Assembly (NCBI GenBank): GCA_051362555.1
Contig: CM120649.1
Coordinates: 3,596,001 to 3,660,000 of the forward strand
From: Lingula anatina
Lineage: Eukaryota > Animalia > Brachiopoda
Direction: 5' to 3'
Length of the DNA: 64,000 nucleotides
Shown: positions 37,262 to 50,995 of the stretch, piece after piece
Numbering within the stretch: the first letter of the stretch is position 1
Layout: the number at the start of each line of letters is the position of its first letter
Notes under the pieces: generated by a model
What the model was told of the DNA's origin: nothing
The model's database searches: none
The model's input: only the letters and a program-made list of their open reading frames with translations
Program-made: the position numbers and the translations under genes

Positions 37262-39341
37262 TTAAATGCTGTCCTCTTTGGTCAATTCTTCTGAAGTTCC
37301 ATTTGGCGTCTCCTGGGAGAGCCCATTCACTTGTGTGTACACAACCTTGCCCTGACTGGGAAGATGTGTCATGTGCATCGGCACTGCCATTGTTGTCTCT
37401 GTCATGTCCAAGTGAGTATTTCTGTCGCGTTCATAGCGATCAGAGCAGAAGCATTTTGTTGCTTCGTAATCATTGGTGATGTGTAGTGCGCGACACAGCT
37501 TCAGATACCCCTTACGGATGCCTGGTAGGCGAACTCCATAAATTATTGGATCCATGAGAGCATTACAGACCAAGAGGGTCATGGTCGTATACTGCCCTAT
37601 CATTAAACGCTCTTTAAGTTCGGGATCCGGAGATTCCGATGATATGGAAGAGATTGTCAGGATGAGAGCGTGTGGGATCCAGAATAAGACTAGGACGCCA
37701 TAAATCAGGACCATGGTGCCAGCGACCTTGACCTTGTGTTGGGTCTGGGTCGGCATCTCACGGTGGGACATTTGGCGAACGAGGAGGAATATTTTGGCAT
37801 ACAGGACCAGCACTGTCAGGGCAGATACTATGATGGTCACGCCTAAAATGAAGAGAAAGCATATGCTGTTGAATTTCAGTTGACATGGACATATTCAAAG
37901 GATTGTGACTGGCAAATTTTCATTTCTAGCTTCTTGAAAATAACATCTGAAATTGGTTTTAGTTTCTTCTTAGTCAAATTTAAGTAATTATTGAACTTTT
38001 TGTCAAGTTGCGGATAGCAGGCTGTAAAACCTACCTCCACCTTCTCTTTATATGATATGACCTTTACCTTATGCACCATGACCTTCACCTTATATGATAT
38101 GACCTTTACCTTATGTACCATGACCTTCACCTTATATGACTTGAATTTGACCTTAATTGCCATGACTCACCCAGCACAATGTTCTCGGACAAATTATAAC
38201 TGGGGTCGTTCACATACAGCTGGCAGATTCCTCGGTACGACATGTCCTTATTTTCATCCATACTGATACGCGCAAGGTGCATGTAGGGGCCAAACCCCAG
38301 CAGGAAGGACACGATCCAGATGAGCACGATGATGAAGATTGTGCGGGAGCGCTTGGTGAAGTGGCGGTATGTGTAGGGACAGAAGATGGTGATGCTCTGG
38401 TAGGCAACGAGAGAGACCGTGGTTAAGGCAGAACTGTAGATCATGGTGGTAAAGAGGTAATACAGCAGGTTCATCATGCACATCACCTCTGTCAATTCAT
38501 CTGGTGTGACTCCACAGTAGTATCTAAGAGAATAGCAGTTGTCATTAGCACATTGGGCTGGTGCCATAGATAAACTTAAGACAGATAATTAGTTTTAACT
38601 TTAAAAATGTAAATTTAGGTCTATTCATATCAGGGCATACATGTATTACAGGTGGTTGGTCTACTAAATTGGGGTATCTACTGGTCTGAAGATTGACTGT
38701 TTCTTTTTGTCAAAAAACAGTTGCAATATGTCATATATATATAAAAGGACTAATACTATCGTGTTTTGCATAAGTATAATGAATATTCTGTCTTTTAAGT
38801 TAAGACTAAAATTTGGTCAAGAACTTCGGTGAAACTGGACAGTGGTCATAAAGCAAATAATAACTATAAGTCCAAGTCAAGACTACAATATATATGTATG
38901 TAAGGGTACCCATTTGTTATATGGTGATAATTAAATCAAATGAGAGAGAGAGAGAGAATATGTGAGAGAGAGAAAAAGAGAGAGAGGTATCATTTTTCAC
39001 TGTGTAACACTGAAGTCCATAAAGAATCCCTACCTATAATCATGGTACTCGTATGCCACAGCAGCCGATATAAGAATCAAAATATCTGCCACACAGAGGT
39101 TGGCCAGGAGATAGTAGAAAGTGTCCCGCATCATCTGAATTATGGCCAGAAGTGAGACAAAGTTCATCACAATTCCAACGACGCAGAAAATGATAGGAAT
39201 GTACACATGAAGGTTGACCATAGAGCAGGTGGTGCTGTTGGCCCCACTGTTGTTCACGGCCTCTGTGGCGACAGGAGCCAGTAGCACCGTGGTGATATTT
39301 TCTGTGGTGTTCATTGCTGCTGATGAAATGTATCTACTCAT
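37262..39341 (-). CDS. Rhodopsin-like (class A) G protein-coupled receptor, 413 aa, orphan; loosely melanocortin/adenosine-receptor-like
   Basis: Exons 39341-39034, 38523-38171, 37842-37262 (308+353+581 = 1242 nt), GT-AG, phases 2 and 1 match. N-terminal sequons NTT, NIT, NNS, NST; TM1 GIVMN; TM2 LANLCVAD; TM4 IWIVS..GP; TM5 VLYAKIF; TM6 FWIP; TM7 NALMDPIIY. Confidence 0.9.
38050..38155. repeat. 42-bp tandem repeat built on TGACCTT units in a GPCR intron
   Basis: TATGATATGACCTTTACCTTATGYACCATGACCTTCACCTTA twice, plus a partial copy. Confidence 0.85.
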
Positions 39342-42036
39342 TATTGAAGTGTTCCCTAGTATGGTATTTTTTTACTCTCCTTTTTTTTTTTTTTTTTTTT
39401 TTTGAAATGTTACATAATACCCACAATTCAGCTTTAGATTTACACAAACAGAATGTCTTACTTGTCTAATGACTTCCTTCCATCTTCAAAGAGAAGCCAG
39501 GAAAAGATATCAACACTTTGACTGCCCAGTGTAAATTGCAGAATTCCTCAGTCTTCTTAAACTTGGTTGTTTATATCCAGTTGCTAAATTATTGCTTAAT
39601 GATCCAAGACATGCAGTATCAGTCCATCCCAATCACAAATATGTATTTAAAAGAAAAAAAAAATGAATCAACAATAATATTTTACAATGAATTGGCTTCC
39701 TTTGTTGTCCACCACTTTTATATGCCGTTTCATGACAGTTCTGTCTTTAGGCGCTGAATTTGCTTCTTTTTAGCAAAATAACAGTAATAATAATAATTTT
39801 CTCCTTTAACAAAAGCAATTTTCCTCTTTTTTTTCCAAAAAAATAATATTTTCCTTCTAGAGAATCATCCATAGGATTGACACCAGTTATTGATGATAAT
39901 CCCTCGAGTCCATGATTACAGTGTTGCTACTGCTCATAGCACCACGCTCATTTAAAAACTGAGAGCAGCGCTGTTGAGACAAAAGGCTTTTGTGGCTCTG
40001 TCCTGTTTCTGCTGCCAGTGTCTGTGGCTCAGTTCTCAAGGGTTGCCAGGGATTGCTTTGTCTTCATGCCATGCCTGGTCAAATGAGCCTGAACCTGTAA
40101 CAATGAAACATGCAAACATTAATCAATGTTGACAGGTTGGTTTCGAGAGGTTTGTTTACTAGCTGGGATTGGTGCTTTTCTGGATGATTTTCAAAATTGT
40201 CTGTTTGATTTTGATGGTGTGGATGTTTTAATGGATGTTAATTAAATTCTTTAAAACTCATCTCAGTATAATAATAAAACATGACAACTGAGTTTATATA
40301 ATTCTTAATAACAATAGTAAAAATAAGCTACATTATAACTTAACTTGTCAGTGTTTTCTAAAATTCATTGTTTGTAAATGCTCAATGTGATAAAAGTCAA
40401 ATTCATCATTGTACTGTTAAAATTATGAGATGCATTAAAATATGGCATGTTACTTAATATGTGGCCGTCATCTTTAGAGAGAGATGAATATTTTAGACAC
40501 TGAAATTTTTTTTTAGAAATATGAAATATTTCAACTGTTGACAAGCATTGTCAGAATAGTGTAATTCAAAATTTCAGCACACTAGAACATTTTAGATTTT
40601 AAGTTACCAAAATATTAACAAGAATTAAATTTTCTTATGATTTAAAAAAAATACATGATAAATGCAATTAAACGCCTACATGGAATTTGCCTGATTTCAG
40701 GATTTTCTTTCTTCATTTTAATCTGCTTTTTTTTCACATCATCTAAATGTGATGAGAATTTTCAGGATTTTTCAGTTTTTACAACTTTCACCAATGCATC
40801 TTTTACCAGGAAAAAACAACTTAACCATTTTAGTTCAAACAAAGTATGCTGATGGCAATGTAGTCTTCTAAAAGACTTAGACTAGACTAGATAAGCTAGG
40901 ATGCTGTTTATATGCCCCCTGTATTTCACCTAAACACTTTGTCACTTGATGAAGGCTCTTCATTAGCAACTTTTCAAAAGCCCATTTGAGAGAAAATGTA
41001 GAAATATAGAAAAGTGCGGGGGGGGGGGGGGGGGGGGTGTTCTTTTCTTCTTTTTTTTTCACTTTTTTAATGTATAAAAATATTCCAGAGACTTTTTGGC
41101 CAAGTGGCCAAGTGTATCTCTAGATCTCCACTTGTTAGAATTCTAGGGATTTTGCTCAAAATTGCATGCTTTCTGAAATTGTTTCAATAGATAAATGTAA
41201 CCGTTTCAGTAGAATTCTGGAGCCTTTGCTAGAAAATGGCCACTACGGACTATGCCTAAGGGGTTGGAATTTCTGGGAATAGATCTTTACAGCATGGAAT
41301 ACAATCAGTTTTAATTACAACAGGGTAGGACAGTTAGTGCAAAAACAAGATAATATGGTCCTCGAAGTCTCGGGTCTGATGATGCTAAACTTTGATTGGC
41401 TTTCCTCAGGGGATCATGGGATAGCAAAATGGAGAGCTAGAGGGACGCGGAGAGAAGAGTCGTGTATTCTAAAGGGCAAAACACTGCTGCGAATTGATCA
41501 AATCTTCCTTATCATATTCCGCTTAAGATATAGATAGGATTATTGCAATGTCTCCTTAATTATATTGATATTAATTTAGATTCCGTCTTGGATAAAGCCA
41601 TTATTAGATTGATTTCGTATTTTATAGATATCAGTTTAGATATGGATCATCAGGATTGTTGATGTGATAGGCGATGTTGCAATTGTTCGTTTTCGATAAA
41701 GGTGATGATATGGATGTTGGCGTAATGAGAATTGGTTCAGTGACCATGTCATTGCAGGCATACTAGCTAGTACTTTCAAATTTTTTTTTGGACATTACTT
41801 GATATTACTAGAAATCAATGCAATCTATCTGATGTTTACAATAAAAAAAGTTATAAACGGGCAAAAGGGTTTTTTTTTTAGGTTAGAAACCCCACTGATA
41901 CAACCTGTGGTATTGGTCGCTGGTTTGAGACAGAGGCCTGAGAATCATCCAATACAGCCCATCCAACTTAATGTAACTTGGCTGATTTTGTGGGATTTGG
42001 AGGAGAGCACTGTATAATAATGGCAGTAGTAATGGT

Positions 42037-42200
42037 GGCGTGAGAGGAATAGTAGTCCGTTAGGAATCTTACTCCGCTTTCCATTACTTTGTACAGGTGA
42101 AAGTATATATACTAAGCCCGATACTTTAACTAACCCTGATCTGTACTGATAATATCAGACCCTGTACTACCATTCCTAGAACTACGATTCTTGTCACAGC
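42037..42200. mobile_element. Old MITE-like element with degenerate TIRs
   Basis: GCGTGAGAGGAATAGTAGTCC versus GAACTACGATTCTTGTCACAGC (imperfect inverted match). Confidence 0.4.
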
Positions 42201-44029
42201 GGACTAGCGCTACATGAATGTAGTGCATGAAAGTGACAGACAGTTTAAAAGTTTATCACTACATATCACAAGAAATAAATTAGGATATATCAAATTGATA
42301 ACAGTTATTGGTATGTGAGCTAAGAGCGTGGCACTGCAATAAAATTTATGAAATGTGATCATTTTTAAAATGGAGTTTTAAAGTAAGTTAGTCTCAATAA
42401 CCAAACAAAACCAACTTGAAGACTAAAAGTCTGACTTGCAAATTGAAAAAAAAATTAAAAGAGACAACAGCTTATTATTTTCAACCTACTCACTGTAAGC
42501 AGATTCTTTTTAGCACTTCTTGAGGCTTTCTTGCAGACGCTGTTGGTAAGCCACAGTCATCGATGACTTCACTTACTATTACATCACCTTGATTCTGGCA
42601 AAATGCTACTCCAGCATCAAGTATTTTATCATCAGTTTGCAAAATGCTTCAATGATCACTTCTTTAACCAGGTAGAGATATTTAATTACTAATGCCTTAC
42701 AGAGACAGTCTATCTGTCTGATTTTGAAGTCTCAGACTTTGGCTCCAGAAATGATCCTTTATTCATACTTTGTCTCATTAAAGAAACAAAGCACGATGCA
42801 TTTTTGTCTTTTTTGGCACCAGCAGTAGAACTACTGTCTGCCTTCTGCCTCTAAAATATTTAAACCACGTCAGCCTCAAAGCTTTAAAAGAACCCGATAA
42901 CCTAGTTACAATGATTTATTTAATTGCCAGCAAAAATCAGTTCTTGTTTCCAAGGTGTGCAACAGACCAAGGGAAGCCCATGACATTATGTTGGTATTAG
43001 CTTATTTTTTAATTTGTCTCATTCTCTCAAGCATAAGCTGTTTACACCAAACAGTTTTCAATAGTTTGGTGTCTGTCATGTCAGCTTCTTCAAAGAATGA
43101 GGCTAAAGGTGTTGGAATAGCCTCTAACCCAGATGTTCCTCTACCCCCCCCCCCTCCATCACCCCCTGTTGCCCACACCCTCACCACTGGAATACAAGAA
43201 AGCAAAAATCAGAACTCTCGTTCTTAGGTATTTTGGTGGCTGTCATGTCATTGTCTTCAGGGAGTGAATCTAAACAGGTGCTGAAGTAGCTTTTGCCTCA
43301 TGATCAGTTGTAAGCCAGGATCTTAATCATATCTAATAAGATTTACCATAACATACTCATCTGTAGGTAACTATTTTTCTGGCTATTTCAATGATATGCC
43401 CCTATATCCCTTTCATTCAAAAAGATTCCAGATTGTAGATTTTATGTTTCCTTACCTGTAAAACAACTGGTTTTAGTTCTGCCATGTTTATTTTATATCT
43501 GCTGCATTAAGCTTTACCTATGGCAATTTCTCACTTATTTCGTATCAAATAAAGAGTATTTACCCAAAATACTGTTTCACTAGTAGATCTTGAAACAATC
43601 CAGGGGTGTTATGCATCTAAGTATGTTCTTTTAAATGCAAATATAATTGTACCTTTTGAAGAAAAGAAACAGCAGAAGAAGAATTAAGGTACTGTATTTG
43701 AAATGTTGGAATCATCACCATATTAACTGAGTTTAAAGTTTAGTATTAGTTTAGTATTAAACAGCTGTATTTGCTTAGGATTTGTTAACCTTTGGGAACT
43801 CTGTCAAAACCTGTTAGGTTCTGTCTCTAATTTTATTCTTGGTAAATACTGAATGCTAATTGCACTTTTCATGGTTAACCCATATGCAACCAATTTGTCT
43901 TTTAAGTTAGCATTTGCATAGAATCATTTTAAAAGTTCTAACTTATTTGATTGGGGAAACTTCAACAGACTTTTGTAGCAATGTTACTAAGAAAGTGGTG
44001 AATTGTTTAAGTCCATGCAGGTCCTGTGG

Positions 44030-44138
44030 ACGTGTGTGTGCATATGTTTGTGTGCATGCATGTGCATGTGTGTGTATGTGTGTGTATGTGCATGTGTGTG
44101 TGCATGTGTGTGTGTGTATGTGTGTGTGTATGTGTGTT
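44030..44138. repeat. Interrupted (GT)n/GCAT microsatellite
   Basis: Direct reading. Confidence 0.9.
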
Positions 44139-46389
44139 AAGTGTTTGAAGGTCTGTCTGACGCATCACTTTTTTTATATATCAACTTTTGTTGTATTAAC
44201 TTAAGTCAAGGATACAGGCCAGTAAAGCTTCTAAAACCTGCCAAGTTTGAAGTGGTGAAGCCATGAGCGTCAGCAGCCTTTGTTTTCGTAGCCTTTTAGT
44301 TTGTTTTTATATTTGATTGCAGCTTACTAAATCTAAAATGGCATACCTTAACGTGCAGCATCTTTTTAAAAGATTTATGTTGTAACGTAAAATTCTAAAA
44401 TGGACCTTTATTGTAGTAAATGTTTGAAGTGTAACAGCCATTTCTTGGAAAACTTTCTGGTTCATTTTATTTCAACCTTTTTTCCATTCATTTTTTTTAC
44501 TGACAGATATAGAGATAATTAGTCCTATTTAATAAGGAAGAAATACTTCAAAAATTATATATTTCCTTTTTTTTTTTTTTTTTGACATGCAATTAGCTTA
44601 TTTACACCTATCAATAATTATAAAAACACCTTCAAGGTAAAAGTTAAGCCTTCTGCAGCAGCCAAGGTTAACAAAATGACCTGTAAATTGATCAAAAATT
44701 ATAGTCTAGTTCACTTTGGCTAGCTTTCTACTTTGACAAGTCTACAAAAAGTCTACTTTGGCAATAGTAGTCAAGCTTAGATTAAAAAGGTTTTGGTTTA
44801 AAAGTGGACCAATATTTTGATGTTATTTTGTGAAACCAATCCTAGATCTTTTCACTTGAAGTCTTGTCTGCAGCTTTTTTCATAGATAAAAAAGAACAGC
44901 AGCAATTTTAGACAGAACTTTTGTCCACACTCCAAATTGAATGCAGAAATGTTAGTTACTCTTAACAAAAAAAGTATCATAACGTATTTTTCTTCATGTA
45001 GATATTTTATATTCGGTATGATTACACTGTAACAGATAATATTCAGATCATAGGGACAAGCTTGAGTAAATACAGGCTCTACTGTTATAAGGTGTTTTAA
45101 CATCTGCTAAAATCTGTTAACCCTCACCTGTTTATATAATTAATAGCTTGTTTGGTTATAGTGCTCACTTTTTCTCGGTCACCATCATTTACAATTTTAT
45201 TTTCTTGATTAAAATGACCTTAAATAATTTAACATACATTTTAGATTATTTCAAGCATTGCACCTTTTTAAGTTAATAGTAGAATGGTTAATATATATAA
45301 ATTATGATCTCTTTAGGGGCAAAAACTTGAGTTTTACCTTTAAGGGGAGAGATGAAGCTGAATCTGTCTCACACAACCATTTCATTTAGATTATTGTTTT
45401 ACATTCTAGAGGATTATTTTCGAAATCGAGCTCAGAAGTCTTTTTATACATGTAACATACTGATAAAATTTCACTTTGTGTTATGTTACTAGTATACTGT
45501 ACCTTGTCTTTTGTTGCACACGTCTCGGTATAATTCAGTCAGCTCATCTGGAACTACTGAACCCATCTGGTGCTCGCCTGAATACTTATTATTTAGCCAG
45601 TTTTCAAATGCATTATTCAAGGTGATGTCTTCAGAAAGATTGCTTTTTTATACTGCACACCAGTGAGTGACAGTTCCGATTGCATGGTAAAAGTAGATGG
45701 TGAAGTCCAGCACACACTATTAGTTACATGCTGAGCTATGTGCATTAAAACCTCTGGGATATTAATAAGGAGTGTGTGCCAATGTGTGAAACAAGGAATG
45801 CCTGATTTTGATCCCATTTGCTCTGGTTTTGGTCAAAGTAGACTGTTTTGCTGAGCCATTGATTGCTTTAGGTCAGTAGCTCAGCATGTAGTGTGCAGTG
45901 TGTGCTGTGCCTCATTGTTGGAAATAACAACAGTAAAGAATATGGATATTCACACAATCTAATCATCAAGACTCTTCATCATCATAATTTTTAGGACTGA
46001 GTATTACTTTTTAAACAGTTTATATTGAGTGACCAGATTTACTTCAATAAATAGGCATCACCTGTTGGCCGTCGCATTATTAATTTATGTGTGTAATCCT
46101 ACGTTCTAGTTGTGTGTGCTGGGTGCAAAAGTGTCATGTCGCTCGCTAGTCAGAAGTGCCTTTGTCTCTGCAGGATGGTGGTACATTTATCTTAGAGTTA
46201 TTTTAGTATCAAATGTAATTTTTCACTATTATCTGGGACACACAACATTAACAGCTGATTCTTTATTTATTTTTAACCTGCATTTCCTTTATTTCCTAGT
46301 TGATTTTTTTTTAATAAAAAAGGATAACGATGACTTTTAATAACCCTCACTGGGGCCAGTGCTAGACAGGCACATTACTATATATAAGA

Positions 46390-46860
46390 TTTATCCTGTC
46401 CTATCCTATCCTTCCCTATTCTCTTATGTCCTCTGGGTTTCCGGAAGACGGTCAGCTTTTGCAAGTTTACGTTGATGTGCGTCTAATTATTTCTTTTGTA
46501 AGACAGGATGGATCAACAAAGATAATTTGGGAGACTGTCAGAAAATATCTCTGGATCCGCACCTGATCCTATCCTATCCTATTTTGTCATATTCTGTCTT
46601 ATCCTATTTTATTCTATCCAATCCTGTTTTACCCCTTCATATCCTACCCTTTACTACCCTGTCCTATCCTATCCTTTTTTCCCTGTCCTATACTATCCTA
46701 TACTGTCTAATTATCCTTTCTTTTCCTATCATATATTATATTCAATCCAATCCTATTCTACCCTTACTTAATATCCTATCTATCCCTATGCTATCATATT
46801 CTGTCCAATTTTTTCTGTCCTATCCCATTCTATTCTATCCTTCCGATATGCTATTTTATA
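46390..46860. repeat. Degenerate (ATCCT)n satellite interrupted by a truncated CAGGGGCGGAT-family MITE (46430-46565)
   Basis: CCTAT units on both sides of the MITE core GGATCAACAAAGATAAT...GGATCCGCACCTG. Confidence 0.8.
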
Positions 46861-48079
46861 GTTTACGTAGCTATAAAAATGGTAGTAAGATTAGAGATCA
46901 GTTTGTAATCTAGCAGAGAGACTTGTCATCAGTTATAGTATGCACTCAAAGTTACAGTGATAGTTTATACAGAACAGTAGTAAATCTCAGAGTAATTTGA
47001 GTAATCATGGCGATGTATGGTGGCAGTGCCAGGGCTGTCAGTGATTTTGATGTTATGTCATTTCCATTGTGGCATTTTGAGGGATTTATTAAAAGGCATT
47101 AAGTGCGCACTAATCCTTTACGTATGAATTGACCTAGAAAATTTAGTTTTTCCCTTCATCACAAAGTTGTACACTTTCAAAAAAGATAACATAAATTAAG
47201 AAAAAAAAAACACTGAGGAACGTATGATCTATGCTGAGGCCTATATATCTTCTTGTTATTGTCAAAAACAAAATTTGGAAGTTTGTACCTCCATTATTGA
47301 ATCATTATGTAAGGTGTGACATTTAAGGAATGACATTGGGTTCAGTTTGTTAAGTATGGTATATTTGATCACAGTTCACTTAAAATAAAACCATCAAATC
47401 ACAATTCACAGTAAATAAAACTATTCATATCTCATTGAAAATACGGCGAGTTTGGTGAGTTGGGAATCAAACATCACCAAGTATAATGCTTTCGTTTCAT
47501 GGGAGATGAGAAATAAAAAGTTGCATTCACGAGTCAGGGGAACAGGGTGTTTCACGCATTTGGGAAAGAAAAAAAGGCTTTCATGGGTAACAAAAATACC
47601 CATTGGGACCATCTTGTTAGACAGTGTCAGTCATCAATAAGAAGACGCATATGAAGCGTGACTGGGATGGTTATGCTGCACTACGATAACCCACTGATAT
47701 CAATCTACTGGTACGTTTAGCCACATGATGTTTTGCCACAACACATTTTCCATTTCACTATTCACGGTGACACACTCCAGTGCCACAATATTCCTGCCAT
47801 CAGACTTGTTGGTAATCCAAAGCATTTGTGCTGTATCTGTCTGTCGGGATGTATTACTGATGATGATAAGCACAAATCCTGTTTACTGCAGAGGGTTTAA
47901 TCTTCAGAATGTCAACACCAATTGAACAAGGAATGTTGATTTCTCCACTTGTTTACAGCATTTGAAAGATACATTCACACGGACTAAACAATACAGGTGC
48001 AGAACCTGTATTGGTTTTAATTTAGTTTGTGTAAATTATTTCATATTAAAACATCTATTAATTGACTAAAATGGATTTT

Positions 48080-48640
48080 GACTAGAACCTGGTATTGGCT
48101 GCAACCAGATGTTGGCTGCACTTTGCTCACTGCTAAAATATTTGTTTGCTGAAATTGGTTGTAAGATGCAACTGTGTTTTGACTGCAACCAAATATTTGC
48201 TACTACCAGGTACTGGCTGCTACCAGATGTTAACTACAACCAGGTACTGGATGCAACTGGTTGTTGACTGCAGCTAGATACTGGTTGCAACCAGATGTTG
48301 ACTACAACCAGGCACTGGTTGCAACTGGTTGTTGACTGCAGCTAGATACTGGTTGCAACCAGATATTGACTACAACCAGGCACTGGTTGCAACTGGTTGT
48401 TGACTGCAGCTAGATACTGGTTACAACCAGATGTTGACTACAACCAAGCACTGGCTGCTACAAGATGTTGCCTACAACCAGTACTGGCTGCAAAAAGATG
48501 TTGCCTACAACCAGGTACTGGCTGCAACAAGATGTTGACTACAACCAGGTACTGGCTGCTACAAGATGTTGCCTACAACCAGGCAGTGGCAGCAACTGGT
48601 TGTTGGATACAACTGAGTATTTGCTACAGCTAGGTTTGAA
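48080..48640. repeat. 34-bp minisatellite with a 68-bp higher-order dimer
   Basis: Unit ACTACAACCAGGTACTGGCTGCAACCAGATGTTG; ACTACAACC recurs at ~48233, 48301, 48369, 48437, then at 34-bp spacing. Confidence 0.9.
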
Positions 48641-50059
48641 CTACGCCTGTGGCCCTGAAAGGAGCAGTATTCTCTTATAACTGTCCCACTGTTCATTAAT
48701 CCAGATCACTCTTGCCACAAATTTATATGTGTTCCAGACAGTCAGGCTTACACCAATCCAATTGGATGCAAACAGACTTAATTGAAGTTTCGGGTAAAAA
48801 AAGTGACTCCTGAATTGCGGCTAGCTGTTTTCATTTGGAAAATGTCCCATTTAGAATTGATTCAGCCTTTTAAAAATTCTTTTTCTCTCTTTGGGTGGTC
48901 AAAGTTGGGTGAGGGCATTTTTGATGATAGATCTTGTTATATATATATATGGCTCAGTAATTTTTAGATTTAATGAAAAAGAAAGAAAAGGACCTTAGAC
49001 TTTAAGGCTTGTTACCAATTGCACCAACTAATATCACTTTTTTATTTTAATTACTTTTCTTTGTCTAATCTAAATCATTATCTTCAAAACTAATTATTGA
49101 CAATATTATATGATTTGGCACATGAAATACCTTGTTTATTGAAATGACTTATAATGACATTTGAAAGTACTCCATGCCATATATCTCTTCTACTTCTCAT
49201 TAATCTTATGTGAAATCAGATGTACTTCAACAAAGTGTTTGTACTTGTGTGAAACATGTGTCATTTGTGGATGATAAGTTCTGCATCATCAGTACACTTA
49301 ATTTGTTTTTGATGCACAATTCCTTTTCTTTGAGCTACATTTTACGAGTTCAATGACCATTTTGGCGCACATCAAATGGTAAAGTAATGTTCATTTGTAT
49401 CCAGTCAAGTGATTGGCCAATGAAAGATGCCCTTTTTATAGGCCATTTTTGGTGGTATTCATAATCTTGTGAATTAAATGAATCAGAACAAATGTTCCAT
49501 CCCCATTACTACTGGTTAAATGCAGATTATTATACAATTTATGTATGGATATTTATTGTCTTTGCCCATATTGCTACTGCTTAATAGCATATTACAGCTT
49601 TCCGTAGCTTTTCATTGAAGCAAATCTGGATGAATTATAAATCAAAATAACAAGGTAGTTATGACAATAAATTATTCTCTACCTCCATTACAGCAGCATA
49701 TAGCCAAGTTATTTGAATGTATGCTTTTCAGGCATAGCATCCCCATGGTAAAAGCAAAGGGTAAAAATCTCGGAAATATTGTGCCGATGAGCAACTTTAC
49801 GCATGATAAGATGGGATAAGTCAACACAACAAGGCAAATGTGCTCTGACAGGGTTTCAGGCACACGCCCCCATATAGAGCAAGTTTACCTTGCCAAAGAC
49901 AGCTGGTGGGAATGAACATGTGTTGATGATTGTGAGAATGTTTTGAGAATATTGAATATGCACAACTCTTTTTGTTTTCATGGACTGTGAAATGTTTCAC
50001 ATAGAGTAGTTCCTCATACTTAATTTAAGCCTAATATGCTGTCATATCCAACACACCAT

Positions 50060-50865
50060 CACATCTAACTTAATGTCACACCTAACACACTATCACATCT
50101 GGCACACTGTAATATCAAACACACAGTTGACTCATTATCACAGCTAACACACTGTCACAACTAACACACTGTAATATCAAACACACAGTTGACTCATTGT
50201 CACAGCTAACACACTGTCACAACTAACACACTGTAATATCAAATACACAGTTGATTCATTGTAACAGCTAACACACTGTCACAACTAACACACTGTAATA
50301 TCAAACACACAGTTGACTCATTGTCACAGCTAACACACTGTCACAACTAACACACTGTAATATCAAACACACAGTTGACTCATTGTCACAGCTAACACAC
50401 TGTCACAACTAACACACTGTAATATCAAACACACAGTTGACTCATTATCACAGCTAACACACTGTCACAACTAACACACTGTAATATCAAACACACAGTT
50501 GACTCATTGTCACAGCTAACACACTGTCACAACTAACACACTGTAATATCAAACACACAGTTGACTCATTGTCACAGCTAACACACTGTCACAACTAACA
50601 CACTGTAATATCAAACACACAGTTGACTCATTGTCACAGCTAACACACTGTCACAACTAACACACTGTAATATCAAACACTCAGTTGTCTCAGTGTCACA
50701 GCTAACACACTGTCACTACTAACACACTGTAATATATTAAACACACAGTTGATTCATTGTCACAGCTAACACACTGTAATATCAAACACACAGTTGACTC
50801 AGTGTCACAGCTAACACATTATCACACCTAAAGCATTGTCACATCTAACACACTGAAAGTCACAC
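50060..50865. repeat. 62-bp tandem array (~11 copies)
   Basis: Unit CTAACACACTGTAATATCAAACACACAGTTGACTCATTGTCACAGCTAACACACTGTCACAA starting 50161, 50223, 50285 etc.; nearly identical centrally, degenerate at the edges. Confidence 0.95.
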
Positions 50866-50959
50866 AATGAATTTTAAAATATATCATGTGATCTTCTCAG
50901 TGGGTTTTGCTTGGGCATTTCTAGGTGATATATGCTGGGAAATGCTGGGATTTGCTTTA

Positions 50960-50995
<36 letters not shown>

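Noticed and set aside
38524-38567. ORF-track Met at 38567 as the start of a separate gene
   Set aside because: It lies in the intron upstream of the phase-matched acceptor at 38523; the ORF is GPCR exon 2
48397-48680. Cys-rich repetitive ORFs
   Set aside because: Translations of the 34-bp minisatellite; the period is not a multiple of three and there is no splice or start context
50060-50865. CRISPR-like regular array
   Set aside because: Units are contiguous and near-identical with no unique spacers, there are no cas genes, and the context is eukaryotic
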